In this document: one piece after another, positions 1-13,134 of the stretch
How the letters are laid out: every line of letters begins with the position of its first letter
Position numbering within the stretch: the first letter of the stretch is position 1
DNA from: Ancylonema sp.
Taxonomy: Eukaryota
Reading direction: 5' to 3'
Length of the DNA: 53,421 nt
Assembly: GCA_050230475.1 (NCBI GenBank)
Contig: JBFLGF010000211.1
Span: 1-53,421, forward strand
Notes under the pieces: generated by a model
What the model was told of the DNA's origin: nothing
Databases searched by the model: none
What the model saw: only the letters and a program-made list of their open reading frames with translations
Translations under genes and position numbers: made by a program

Positions 1-266
1 TCCTTCTCTCCCTCTTCCCAATACATTAACGTGATACCGTATATCTCACAATTAACGAGTATCCATATTCCTATTCCATATTCCTTTAGTTTCTATATTC
101 CTATTCGTATCTATATCTTCCAGATTCCTATATTTATATCTATTAAAAGAGAAAACCAGAGCCTCAGGCCCCAGACCCCAGACCCCAGAACCCAAACCCT
201 TGATGGTTTCAAAGAGTACAAGTATAACAAAAAAGAATCCTCTTTTCCCCCCTGCCCTCCATCCAG

Positions 267-1655
267 GTTTCTTCTTCTCTTAAATCCGACCCTCGTTATG
301 TTGCGGTTGGGAGGGAGGAGAGGGAGTCGTTGTTTGATTTCCATGTGGGGAGGATGAGGGAGGAGGAGAGGAAGGGGGAGGAGGAGAGGGAGGAGGAGGA
401 GAGGAGAAGGAGGAGGGAGAGGCAAAAGGCTGAGGAGGTGAGGAGGGGGGTCCTTATGTTTTGACTGATTCTGATGCAAAGGGAGGGGGGAAATGGAGTC
501 GCAAGGCGGGTGTTTATTCTCTTTTTTTTTTTTTTTTTTTTTTTAATAAATAATATTCTTTTTTGTTTTCATTGTTTTTTAAATTATTATAATGATCCCG
601 GTCCCCCAATACTTCAAACAAGCAAGAAAACAAGGGGAAAACATGTTATTCTTGACGTCATTAACACTCAGCGTTTTGAGGTTTTCAGGATGGGGAGTTG
701 CCTTCGAGGGCCGAATCGTTGAAAGAGAAGGAGGAGAAGGAAGATGAGGAGAAGGTGAGAGGGACAAAAACGGATGTTGTCGTGTGTGTGTTTTGTCCCC
801 CCCCGCGTGTCTTTTTCTTTTTCCCGCACCTATACAACAAGTTTTGTTCAGCAACGGCGGTTCACAGTCGACTTTCTCTTGGGTTTTGGATTTCGGGTTT
901 TGGGTTTTGGATTTTTTTAATTTGGATTGCGACAGATCAAGAAAAGGGATTTCCGTCGCATGCTTCGCGACCTCGTCCCCCCGGGCGTCCGTGATTGGTC
1001 CGACGCAAAGATATTCGTCTGTTACGATCTGCGGTACAGACGCGTCTCCAGATCGGCTCGGGAAGAAGTGTGGGCGGAAATCGTTAACGAAAAGGAGGGT
1101 GGGGGCGGGCGCGGGGGCGGAAAAGGGGGAGGGGGTGGGGCGGGGTTGGAGAGGCGTGTGGGGGGGAGGGGGAAGAGGGAGAGAGAAGGGGGGGAGGGTG
1201 GGGAGGAGTTGGAGGAGGGGGAGGAGAGGGAGGAGAGGCATGGGGGGGGGGGGGGAGATAGGACTAGGGAGGGGGATAGGGATAGACGTAGAGGTAGAAA
1301 GGAGAGGGATGGAGAGGGGGGAAGGCTGAGAGAGGGGGAGAGAGAGGGGGAGGGGGAGAGGGAAAAGGGAGGAGGGGAGAGGGAGAAGGAGAGAGGGGGG
1401 GGGACGGAAAGGGAGAAGGAGAAAGAGAGGGAGAGGGGAAGGGAGAAGGAGAGGAAAGGAGATGGAGATCGAGAAGTGGAAACGAGTCGTTTGTCGCGAA
1501 GGGAGAAACGGAGGGGGGAGGAGGAGGAGGAGGAACGAGATCGTGCCAAAAAGGTGTCAAGGAGAGGGAGAGAAGAGGAGGAGGAGGAGGGCGGGAAGGG
1601 GAGGCGGAGAGTGGAGAAAAGGAAAAGTAGGGGAGATGTTAATGAGGAAAACTAG
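267..1655 (+). CDS. FF-domain protein (PRP40/TCERG1-like), last three exons; 5' part lies outside the window
   Basis: GT-AG exons 267-437 (VSSSLKSDPRYVAVGREERESLFDFHV...), 689-754 and 936-1655 (IKKRDFRRMLRDLVPPGVRDWSDAKIFVCYDLRYRRVSRSAREEVW...) join in phase 0. Two FF-like signatures (F..ML...W..AK...D.RY....RE..F/W) precede a Gly/Glu/Arg-rich tail ending at TAG 1653-1655. Confidence 0.7.
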
Positions 1656-1852
1656 TAGGGAGTGAGGTGGGTTAAATTTTGCAATAATTGTGAAATATTG
1701 CAAAATGTTGTTATAGGGCCAGATGGGTGAGTAAATCCCCCAACCCCCTCCCATGACACATGATTGCAGGGCCTGGCTTTTTAAGTCAGAAAATTTGCCA
1801 CTACACTTTATGATATGGAGGGGGGGGAAAACGGATCAAAACGTCCAGCGAT

Positions 1853-1900
1853 AATGATTGGTAATGATTGGTCATGATTGGTAATGATTGGTAATGATTT
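1853..1900. repeat. Tandem 10-mer (AATGATTGGT)n
   Basis: About five consecutive copies visible. Confidence 0.8.
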
Positions 1901-3081
1901 CCAAGTGTGGCAGCTGCACTCCGTGTATGCATCAACTTTGGGAAACGGCTAGTGAGTGTGATTCAAGGAGCAAATACTCACCCAATCCACCAGTGGACCA
2001 ACTCAATGTATCATTCATGGGATCCGGATTTTTTTTTCCCGTTGACATACATGCAAACGGTACATGCATTTAGCAACCAAGACTAGTCTTACGTAATCTA
2101 CTTATCATCGTTGGCCCGTGTGCGTTTCATTGTGTTACTTTTCGGGTTTCGCACATGTGTGCAAAACGTGCAAAACAAAAGACAAGGCGGTCCAACTAAG
2201 ATACAAATGAGACGTCTTGTTTTTGCTTGCACGAGATATATATTCAGAATAGCAGTTTCGGGCGAACCATTTCCCAATTTTGTGTCGAGAATTTGGTTGT
2301 CATTGGGTGTCATATATTGGCTCAAACAATGTATCTCTTTTATTTATTTAAGAACCCAACCATCTAGGAAATTAGATTTCCACCTTGAAACAATCAATGG
2401 GTTACTGCACAATAGTTCAGTTCAAACCATCACGAAGTCAAGTATAAAGACTTAGGTGAAAACAACGATTGGGACAGGTGGACGGTTGGACGGCGGTTGG
2501 ACCGGTTGGATGACGTTTGGGAAGAAAAGAAAAAAATGCATTCATTTCGTGGCCTTTCACAAATTGTGAGGTAACACTTAATTTATAAAGGCGGGGTACG
2601 CATTGGTCGTACTAGTATTGTGCGTACTCGGTTATGCTCGATTGTGAATGGCGTGTTGAGCAGCTCAACAAGCAGCACAAAAGCCAATACGCTTGTTAAA
2701 AAATCATGCATTTGAACGTTTTTAGACCACACAATCATCCGACACTACCATGGTAACATGAAGTGGCCATCAATAACTAGTCTTACCATCGAATAGAGGC
2801 ATTCGTTCATGAGAATATAAACGTCCGATCCACATAAACATTCATGAGTAGTTTGCTCGACGTGTAGATTGTATTCACATAGTGAGGATTGAGGATTGAT
2901 GGCTCTATATGACTTGACGCATAAGTAGATTATATTGACGTTCTTCGATTGATCGATACGATAAATCGAAGTAAAACTCAAAGATTTTGGGAGTGTTGTC
3001 GGGCTCTCATAATAAAAAAGATGGAGTCATTATAATTATAAGGGGGGGGGGGGTGGACCGCAACGCGACCAAACTGCTATA

Positions 3082-3981
3082 CAGTGCTCCCAACCTTAAT
3101 ATAGGGACAATTCATAAGTTTTTTTAAATCAATATAAAATCGCCCTCGATATAATCATAACGACATAATCATATTTCGGAAATGTGTTACTAATTGTTAT
3201 TATATCGTGTATAACACGCTATTTTTCGCGTGTACTATATATAAAAATAAACATTTAGATTCCAAAAATTACAAAATTACGTCGATGCAAGTGATGGATT
3301 CATGGGTGAAAACTAATATTCAACGCTTCTTTCATGTAGGTGAGGGGTCGAATCATGTCCACAACAGTGTCATATTAGTGTCATATATGTTTTTTGTCCG
3401 TTTGTCATGCCATATCGAACGTTGTTGGCGACAATCTTGCAATACAAACAAGACAATGTACACAAAGGACTTCGGTAAATCTGGTTTGTTGGACGTATGA
3501 AAATTTGTGCATTTTGTTTGCAGTTCACTGTTCGGAAATAATTTAATTCTCTTCATGAAAAGTATTGGTGTGTCTTGCCTTCCAAAAATTGTCCATGGTG
3601 TTCATGATCATTGTGTTTACTCCATGTCCAACATAATATGTGAGTACTCGTTGCTTCGTACGACCTTCACACTTCTCCAACTCTCCTCGTACAGTTGTTT
3701 AAATATATTTCACTAGTCGCCATGTATTGGTCTCATTACGCACTTGTATAACTTGTATCATACACATGCTTGATGTGATGAAATGCCAAGGCGACTTACT
3801 CTGAGCAGCATGTACACAACACATTTGCTTGTTAACTGTGATTCATTCACGAAGTCCCTCGATACAGGAACACACATTCTAAAATCCAGAAGTGAATGCC
3901 CTGATAATGTGTATAGAAACATCTCAATATAAGGACAGTTTTTTTCGTTTCTTTTTTGGTTCTTATATCGAGGGAGCACTG
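3082..3981. mobile_element. Putative non-autonomous Tc1/mariner (pogo-like) element
   Basis: TA-CAGTGCTCCC at 3080-3091 and GGGAGCACTG-TA at 3972-3983 (10-bp perfect TIR, TA flanks); CTCGATATAA-type subterminal motifs near both ends; no transposase ORF. Confidence 0.5.
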
Positions 3982-4300
3982 TACTACACGATTAACCGGC
4001 TGACCGGCTGACCGGCTGTCTGGTGGAAGCTGGTGAAGTCGAGCTCAGCCATGCCAACACGGCCAGCTTCTGGATGAGCAAAATTGTTTTCTCGCAGATC
4101 TTCACAGGAATTGTCATCGGGGATTCCCTACCCGCTCTTCTTCTCCGTATGAGTTGCTACGATCTTTGTAGAAAGACATAGAACCTGGAATTCTGGTGTC
4201 GTTTTTTTCCGGCGGATACGAATTTGTGGGAGGTTGGGGTGGGAGTCAGCCGTTTGAGACGTCTGTTGACCCCTGAATCGGCAGTTTTGACTTACACGAC

Positions 4301-7300
4301 ATGGCCGTAGATCCCGAGGAAGGTGTCGCTGCTCCTGAGAAGATGGAAGAGGATATTGTCCCGAGCGTAAAATCAAAATCAGCGTCCAAGGAACTGCCGA
4401 AGGATGATCAGCTGGTAAAGATCACGCGCATCTGCTGTACTTTACACTCCGTCTATTATGCTCCGTATCTTGTATTCAATACTATTACTATGCCGTTTGA
4501 GCTTCACTAACCGGATCTAGCTTTGCATTTTCCATATCTGTAATTTTATTTCTCTACGCATATTCTCCGTCGCCTTGCCTGAATTTCTGGAGGTCGAACA
4601 GGTCAGTAATCTAAATTTCTCTTCCACTCTTGCTGAGTGCAGAGTCCAGAAGACCAAGCGCAGAAAGAGGGCCTGGAGCTTATGGTCGAGCGCATCCAGG
4701 ATCATGAAGCAGGGGAGCAGAAAATGGCGCTGGAAAGCATGAGGTACTGTCGACAATCGACTAATACGCATACATATATACAAGTATACATGTACCTATA
4801 TGTATATGCAAAAAAACAAAAAAAACATTATTATGTAATATATGCATAGAAATACAAATAATAAACAAGAAATTTGGCCTCAAGAACTCCTTATCTGAAG
4901 CGAGAAAGTATAACGTGTGGCTCATTTTTTTAATAAGACGAGACCCTAAGGTCCTATTAACAGCGTAATGCGTTTTTTTTTTTTTTTTTTTTTTTTTTTC
5001 TTTTTTCCCCTTACGTTGAGACGGTGTTAGCGCACACATCAGTCTGTCAAATGATTCATCTCGGTCTGTTCAGATATGTAAATTGCAAGGTCCACGATAA
5101 GGCCTTTTTTTTTTTTTTTTTTTTTTTTCCCCCTCCTCCCTGAATCATTTCTCGGATCTTTCAGTGAGGCGTCCTGATTGTTCCAGATTCCAGTACCAGT
5201 TGAAACCGTAAAATCACAGTCTCCAATCAAGTCACACATGCACAGACTCGACGTCGTTCCTGCCACCCCCAAACCACCTCCCTCAAATCCCTCACAACGA
5301 ACTCGCCACGTCATCCCATCCTCCGTCTCCACATTCGTTTCCAGCTGACTGGCTGGTTAGTTGATCGGTTGGTCGGTTGGTCGGTTGGTTGGTTGGTTGG
5401 TACGTTTTCCAGGAAGGAGATCCGTATGGCCACGAGCTCCATGACGTCCGTCCCCAAACCCCTCAAGTTCCTCCGCCCGCACTACTCCACGCTGAAGGCC
5501 GCGTACGAATCCGTGGCAGACGGGAACAAGGTGGGAGGATGGGACACGGGGCAGAAGGACACAGGCCACGTACGGATCCTGGGGCAGAATGCCATAGGAT
5601 TTTGCGGCAGGATTGTGTACGAATCGGAAACGTTTGCAGACACAGTGTTAGAATTCACAGAAATTCGAGAGGGGGGCGCTGGCCTGTCTGGATTCAAGAA
5701 TCCGGATCCGGTCCGGATCTGGTCCGGATTCGGATGCGGTCGACCCAATCCGAGTCCGAATTCGAAACCGATTCCGACTGTGAACCGAATCCGAAATCAG
5801 AATCCGAATGCGAAATGGATTCGATTTAGGTCGCAGGAACAGTTTGGTTTTCATGGACTAAGAGAGAGTTTCCATTGGAGATAAATGGAGGTGGTGGAGG
5901 GGCAGCTGGGGGGTGGTTGGGGGGGTCGGCTGGGGTTCGGTCAGGGAGCTTTTGGGGGTAGGATATGATTTTCTGGGCCGAAGAGGTGGAGGCGTTGACT
6001 TAGTCTTTAACTTTGAGTTTGAGTTTGAGTCTGTTGTTCTCTTTCCCCTGCTCAACTTCATGAATGAGGGGGAATCACAGTGATATTCTCCTTCCGTTTT
6101 AGGGGGTGCTGGGGTTCTCTTTATACTCATCACTGGGGACTGGGGTAGGATACGTAGGGTGGGGTGGGGACTCGAGGCATCACTAGTCCGTCACATGGCA
6201 CTCTTTTTTTTTTTTTTTCCCCCCCCCTTCTTTTTTTGTTTTGTCTTCATTTTTCCTTTTAAAAACCAGAGTAACATTGCTTGCGAAGTTTTCAACCAGC
6301 TCCCATTATAAATATATGATAACCACGTGTGAACAGAGTCTGCCTTTCCTGATAGTCCCTGGGTAGATTTGAAACCTCAAATGCACAGTGTCCCCCCCAA
6401 CCCCGTATGTTATTTTCACCTGCCCAGTATGTTGTATTCACCTGCCCCCTATGTCGGTTTCTCCTGCCCCCGCTTGCAGACCCTCCGGGCGGATGTGATG
6501 TCCGTTTTGGCCATGACCATGTCTCAAGATGGAGCAAGGGTAAGGGGGGGGGGTTTATTATTGGAAGGACACAAAACGTTAAACCCGAGGAAATAAAGTG
6601 GTATTCCATGTTCAAGTCCTTTTGGTTCCTTTTTTTTGGGAGTATGGAGCAAACTGTGTGATTGGGCAAACGGGGAAGTAAAAAATTTCATCAGGTTGCT
6701 GTGTGGGGGGGTGGTGGTTTGGTCTGAAAATTCATTAATTTGCAGAACAACTTACAGATGATGTAGTAGAGGAAGGAGAAGAAGAAGGGAAATAGAAGGA
6801 GTAGAGATGGAAAATAGGAGGAGAGAGGAAAAAGAGAAGAGGAGAAGGAAGAGTGCAATCTCAGTTTGGGTTTGGGGCACAAAACCCCGGATTTGGGTTC
6901 TTTCGGATCCAATTAGGGTGCTTTGGAGTGGTATACTTTGGATAAATCAGTAGGTTTCATCTGAACCTTAAACTTAACCCTAAACTTTGAACCCTGAGTC
7001 GGTTCCACAATATTTATCATTTGTTGTTGATGTCATTTTTATTTTGTTCCTGGGACTCAGGAAAGTCTGGCATTCCGACTGCTGGGCACAGAGGGGGATT
7101 TGGGGTCTTGGGGTCACGAATATGTCAGGTACACTCAAAACCCTTCTAAATTAATACGTCAGGTATACTAAGAACCCGTCTAAATTACTACGTCAGGTAC
7201 ACTACAAGCCCTTCTGAATTATTACGTCAGGTACTCTGAGAACCCTTTTAAATTAATACTGTCGGGACGGGGAACCATATGTTGTAGAAAAACCTGTCTG

Positions 7301-10300
7301 TGTTATTTCTGTCAGGAGGGGGAGACATAATGCCCTTAAAACCTTAAAACCTTGCGTTCGGTTGGGATAAGTAATCAAATTATGGGAAACGTAAGAGGGT
7401 TTTGAAGAGTATATCATGCTAGACGTTACATTCTCGGTAAATACTCGAAGTTGGGCATAACTATTCTATCACATCTGACAGGACATCATGTTTCACAAGA
7501 TTGAAGTAAAAAGTACCACTGTAAGTCAAACAGGTTTTGAATAAAAAAGAAGTCTTATTCTGGGCGCGTAAAATGAGGTCCATCGTTTTTTTTTCCCCTT
7601 CCATTCTATTAATCTTCACAGGACAAACGCGGACAGATTTTTCCTGTTGCGCGACCCAGGGGTCGAGCCAGCTGGTCGGGTTAATAACTTTAAAAAGTCA
7701 ACCTTACATACCCTTGATGATGCGGCCAGCTGCCTTTTTTCTTGACTGATTTTTTTCCCTCGGGCCTGCAGAAATCTTGCGGGGGAGATCGGGCAGGAGT
7801 ACCAGCTGAGAATGGTGAGTAGGAAGCTGCCTGGAAGCTGCCTGTACCCCCTCCCTCGAGTTCTTACCCCCTTTTTTCAACCCTCTCTACAAAATCCACA
7901 AGTCAACCCCTCTCTACAGTCACCTTCTTGGTAGGGGATATTTGTGTGCCAAAACAGAGGGTCGAAACCCTTCTTGTATCAATCACCCAACACCACGCCT
8001 ACTTGCCGTTCCATGTTTGTGCCTGTAACGAGGGTGTGCCTTCACGGTACGGTGCCTATATCGAGGGTGTACCTCCACAGGATAGTGCCTATAACGAGGG
8101 TGTGTCTTTACAGAACAGTGCTTATCACGAGGGTGTACCTCCACAGGACAGTGCCTATATCGAACGTGCGCGCTCAGATCATGGTGCCTATATTGAGTGT
8201 GTCCCCCCCCCCTGTGTGTGTGTTCCCAGGCTGCGGAGTCCTCTGTAGAGGATCTCATGAAGCTGGTGGATCAGATAGTGCCATTCCACATACAGGTAGA
8301 AAAGGGGGGGAGGGTGGCGGGGGTGGGAGGGTGGGGGGGTCGGGGGCGTGGGTGGGGGGGTTGGGGTGGATTTCTAAAGCTGTGTCCGGGGGGGTTTTGG
8401 CGTTGCAGCATAATGCGGAACCGGAGGCTGTGGACCTGCTCATGGAGGTAAATGGTGTTTTTTATTGGGGTGCAGATTCTTATTAGTATTATTTTTACTA
8501 CATTTTTTTTCTCCAGTTTTTTATAGGTTTCCTTTTGATGAATTGATTATTAGGAAGAACAGAGTGGTCGTAGAAGGGGAGGGGGGTGTAAGACATCAGA
8601 AATGGTGTGTTGGAGGGAGAGCGGATATGTTATAGTTCAGCTCCGAGATGCAAAATTCTCATTCAAAGTCTGAGCTTTCGTGTTCCATTTTCATTTATTT
8701 ATTTTTTTCTTGTGTTCTCCATTCAGGTGGACGGTCTTGAGAAGCTTGTGGATGTTGTGAGCGTTGCCCACTACAAGCGCACGTGCCTCTACCTCACCAG
8801 TTGTGCAAGGTAGGGAGAAAGGGACGGCAGGGGGGGGGGGGGGGAGCATGGGGGTTGATGTGGCAGTAAGACTGGCAGAAAGTGGTAAGAAGTGGCAGAA
8901 TGTGGCAGGAAGAGGCAGAGTGGCAGAAAGTGGCAGAAAGATGCAAAGTGCAGCAGGTAGTGGCAGAGAGTGGCAGAAAGTGGCAGAAAGTGGCAGAATG
9001 TGGCAAAAAGTGGCAGAATGTGGGACGTGCAGCAGGAGGGGTGGGAGGAGTGGCAGAAATGGAATATATAACGGATCCAATAGAAACGGCGGAATGGGGG
9101 AGATGGCAGAAACGGCAGAAACGGCAGAAACGGCAGAAGTGGTAGAACAAATGGCAGAAACGGGCCGAAAAGTGCAGAAGCGGGCAGAAACAGGCAGATA
9201 TCGGAAGAAGTGGGCATAATGTCGGCAAAAATGGCCAGAATATGAGCAGAAAAGTGTTGTTCTAGTCGTAGGGCTCTGAACCCCGTCCTTCCGTTCCCCC
9301 CCTCTCCTCCCGTTTTCCTTTTTCCTTTTCTGTCAGTTACGTCTCCGAGTCCGATGACGTTGTGGTTCTGCGCGTTTCCTACGACCTGTATCGCAAGGTC
9401 GATAAGCTGCCGGACGCACTCAGGATGGCACTCAGGATGAACAACAGACAGGTGGGGGGAGGACGAAGTTAGTCTTGTAGACAACGAACCCTTTCTTGTA
9501 CCAAACCCTCGATATAAGAAACTCTTCGCTGTAAGAAACTTCGATATAAGAAACTCTTCGCTACAAGAAAATTGTTTTTGTTTTGTTTTTTTTTGGCGAT
9601 TGAACTTTCATAATGCACATTTATGTAAGAAACATTCGCTGTAAGAAAAAAAAAATTATCGAAATTTTTAGGTTTCTTATATCGGGGTTGAGTGTGGACA
9701 TTCATCATGGGTAGACATCGACATGGTTATGTATATGGTTAGATATGGATGGGCTCTCACATATATATACATACCCACACACAGATACTGCTACACTAAA
9801 ACCTGTCTCAATTAATTCTGTCAGGACCGGAGAAGAATATTGATTTAGACAGGTTAGTCATCAACAAATCGGATTTGGGGTGATCATTCTCTGTTACACT
9901 AAACAGGAGCTGATGATAATCGCTGCTAATCGCTGCTAATCGCTGATGTATATTAACCAGCCAGGAGAATTTTCCGCTGTAATCGTATCACATTGGGAGG
10001 CATGAGAACATGAAGAATAGTTAAATGAAGAATAGCGCAGCTCACACGGAGAAACTTTGGGGAATCAGGACAGGTTACTGTACATCCTATAATCCTCTCT
10101 CCCCCACCCTCACACCCCCCCCGCCCCCAGTACGTCCTCTCCACCTTCCTGGCCTCCAAGGGCGCGGAAACCCGCCAGCTGGCGTACATGATGGCCCGCC
10201 AGGGGTTTGTGACAGAGCCCCTGGAGTCCGTGTACGAGGGGGAGGAGGAGGAGAGGGAGAGGCTGAGTGAGATTCTGAACAACGGGCACGTGACGGGGGG

Positions 10301-11433
10301 GTACATGGCACTGGGGAGGGACCTGGACGTCATGGAACCGAAGACCGCGGAGGATATATATAAGGTTCTGGGGGGGGGGGGGGTTGAGGGGCCGAGGGTG
10401 GGGGGGGGTGAGGGTTTTGTAGTGAATTTGTGAGATTTGAATTTGTTTTTTATTCTTCTTTTTCTCCTTCTTTCTTCTTTTTTTGATGTCTAAAAAAGGT
10501 GTGCATTTTTGGAAAATACGAACTTCAGCGGGGGAAAATAGACGCACACACACACACAGAGACGAAAACCATTTTTTCCCCCCCCCGCAACTTTGTTGAT
10601 GAAGGGATTCAAACTTATCAAGGATAAATACAAAAACAAAAACAACAGCAAAACGAATTTATTGTGAAAAAAAAAACTTTATTAAAAGGAAAAAAAATAT
10701 TAGAAAATTATGATAAGTAATGATAAGAACTCTTAAAATAGTCATAGTACTAACCACGGTGCCCTTATAATAGTCATAGTAATAAAAGTGATAATAAGAG
10801 GATAATATACATAAGGTATAAGGTAAGGTAATAAAGTAATAAGGTATAAGGTGTAAGATAATGAGGTAATAAGGTGTAGGTTAATATAGCAAGGTATTTT
10901 AATACATTACTATTAGTACCATTACTAATAGTAATACCCCCCCCACCCCCCTCCCCCCCAGTCCCACCTCCTTGACGGCCGTGCGTCTTCTTCCGCCACC
11001 GTGGACTCTGCGCGTCAGAACCTGGCAACGACGTTCGTCAACGGATTCGTGAACGCGTGATTTGGGAGGGTGAGAGGGGCGCAAAATGCAGAAAGAAAAC
11101 CAAAATAATATTAAGAGAAGGGGAATAAAAAAGGTCCCTCAAGTTTTTTTTTGGGAGGATGAGAGGGGCACAGAATGCAGACAAAGAACCCAGAAACGAA
11201 CCAAAACATACCCCGAAAAACCCAAAAAAAAACCAAATAAAAAACCCCGGAAAACAACCCACAACAAGTAACCAGATGAGTACCAACAACACCCTCCCCC
11301 CCAAAAACAAGAACCCAGGAAAAAAAGAAAAAAAGAAAAAAAAAAGGATCAGTCAACGCAGGTCTTGAAACGGTCAGTGGGTCACAAACCACCATCAGCA
11401 ACTGTTTGTCGGCCCTTTTTTTTATATTTATCG

Positions 11434-11465
<32 letters not shown>

Positions 11466-13103
11466 CATTTCCTCATTGCAATTTCACACGAGGTCCACTT
11501 TATTCAATCCAGTGGTTATCTGATTTTGGTTTCCATTTTTCCATTTTCCCATTATTTTCTTGTGTTTATCCAGGACAAGCTCCTGTACACTGGCGAGGCG
11601 GAGCCCTCTGGCAACTGGCTATTCAAGAACAAGGACCACGGGAAAATAAGCGCCACTGCCAGTCTGGTGAGGGAGAGGCAGAACGAAACCCACAGCTCCT
11701 GAACCCCAAACCCAAAAACCCGAAATGATTTCTGGGGTTTTGGGAGTCTGGGGTTGGAGGTGTTCCTTCAGGAACCCATTTTGTACCCTCAATACTCCAA
11801 AGAACCCTAAAACCCTAAAAGTTACAAAACCCTAAAACCCCAAAACCCCAAAGCCCCAAAACGCCAGAACCCCAAAAATCCAGAACCCTAAAACCCAGGC
11901 AGGACGAAATTGATAGTTTCTGAACCCCAAACCCGAAATGGTCGCTGGGGTTGGGGGGCTGCGGGTTCTGTTTTCCGTCAAGGTCTCTTCCTTTTACCCT
12001 CAGTACTCCAAGGAACCCAAAATCCTAAAACCCTAAAAACCCCAGGACCGCAAGAATCCCAAAACCTTAAAAACTCAAAAACTACAAACTCAACAAAACG
12101 AAAAGCGCCAAAAGCCGAAGTCCATACACCCAAAAAACCCAATTCCACACTCCAATCAATGCAAATCGCACTTGGGGGGTTTGGTGTGGGGTCTGGGGTC
12201 TGGGGTCTGGGGTCTGGGATCTGGGGTTTAAGGTTTTGTGGTTCCCCTGTCCTTTTCCTCCTTCCAGGGCCTTATTTTCCTTTGGGACGTGGACGGCGGC
12301 CTCCCCGTGATTGACAAATACCTGTACAGCACCGACCCTTGCATTGTTGCAGGGGCCAACCTGGCGGTGGGGGTGCTCAACTGCGGGGTCAGGAATGATA
12401 ACGACCCGGTGAGGGGACCGGAACACAACACAGGGCCATAACAGTACAGGACAATAATATAATAGTATAATATAGCAGTATAATAATATAATAATATAAT
12501 AATATAATAATATAATAATATAATAATATAACAATAAACAATATAATACAAGGAGAAGTCGTGGGGAGGAGTAGGGGGGGATGGGTTTTTGGATGGGGGG
12601 AGAGGAGAAATGGGAACGAAGGAGGTGGGTGTAGGAGAGGAGTTTCGAGGTGGAATATCAAGGGGCGTTATAGGGAAGGGCGTTTTAGTGGGGGTCGTTA
12701 TATCGAGGGTCGTTATATCAAGGGTCGTTATATCGAGGGTGGTTACACTGGGGGTCGTCGTAGCGAGAGACGAGTGTACCACCTGGCTAAGTCACAAGTG
12801 GGGGAGGGAAAGTCGTTCCAAAAAAGTAGAGGAGAAATAGAACGTAGACGGTGGGTTTGGTATGAAAGAGTAATTGCCTCCATTCTCCTTTTGGTACAGC
12901 AAGAGAAGTGTGTGGGAACGACTATTAATATTCATATGTTTCGAGGATGTAAGAGGAGTCAGGGTCGGGTTCTATCCGGATTTAGGTACGGATTCGGATC
13001 CGGGTTCTGGCCCGGGCTCGGATACGGATACGGAAACGGATACATTCCGCTCAAGAGATTCGGAAAACGCGATGGTCGGGGGGGGTTTGAGAGGCACTCA
13101 CAA

Positions 13104-13134
<31 letters not shown>

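Noticed and set aside
579..1560. Pro/Ser/Leu-rich minus-strand ORFs
   Set aside because: Antisense shadows of the purine-rich last exon of the FF-domain gene.
5640..5830. GGATCCG/TCCGAA-rich MITE in RPN1 intron 3 (similar tract at 12960-13070)
   Set aside because: Looks TE-derived, but no matching TIR pair or TSD could be fixed.
7121..8202. CRISPR-like arrays (33-34-bp periodicity)
   Set aside because: Contiguous tandem units without unique spacers, inside eukaryotic introns, and no cas genes.
8691..9484. Long repetitive ORFs on both strands
   Set aside because: Translations of an intronic GGCAGAA array.
11058..11060. Selenocysteine, A-to-I editing or a general code change explaining the RPN1 TGA
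   Set aside because: The conserved residue is Gly, not Cys or Trp. It is the only internal stop in 890 codons, and other genes here end normally at TAG, TAA and TGA.
11352..11372. Intronic GTC AAC GCA GGT CTT GAA ACG (VNAGLET) as a replacement microexon
   Set aside because: No available donor/acceptor pair joins it in frame; treated as coincidence.
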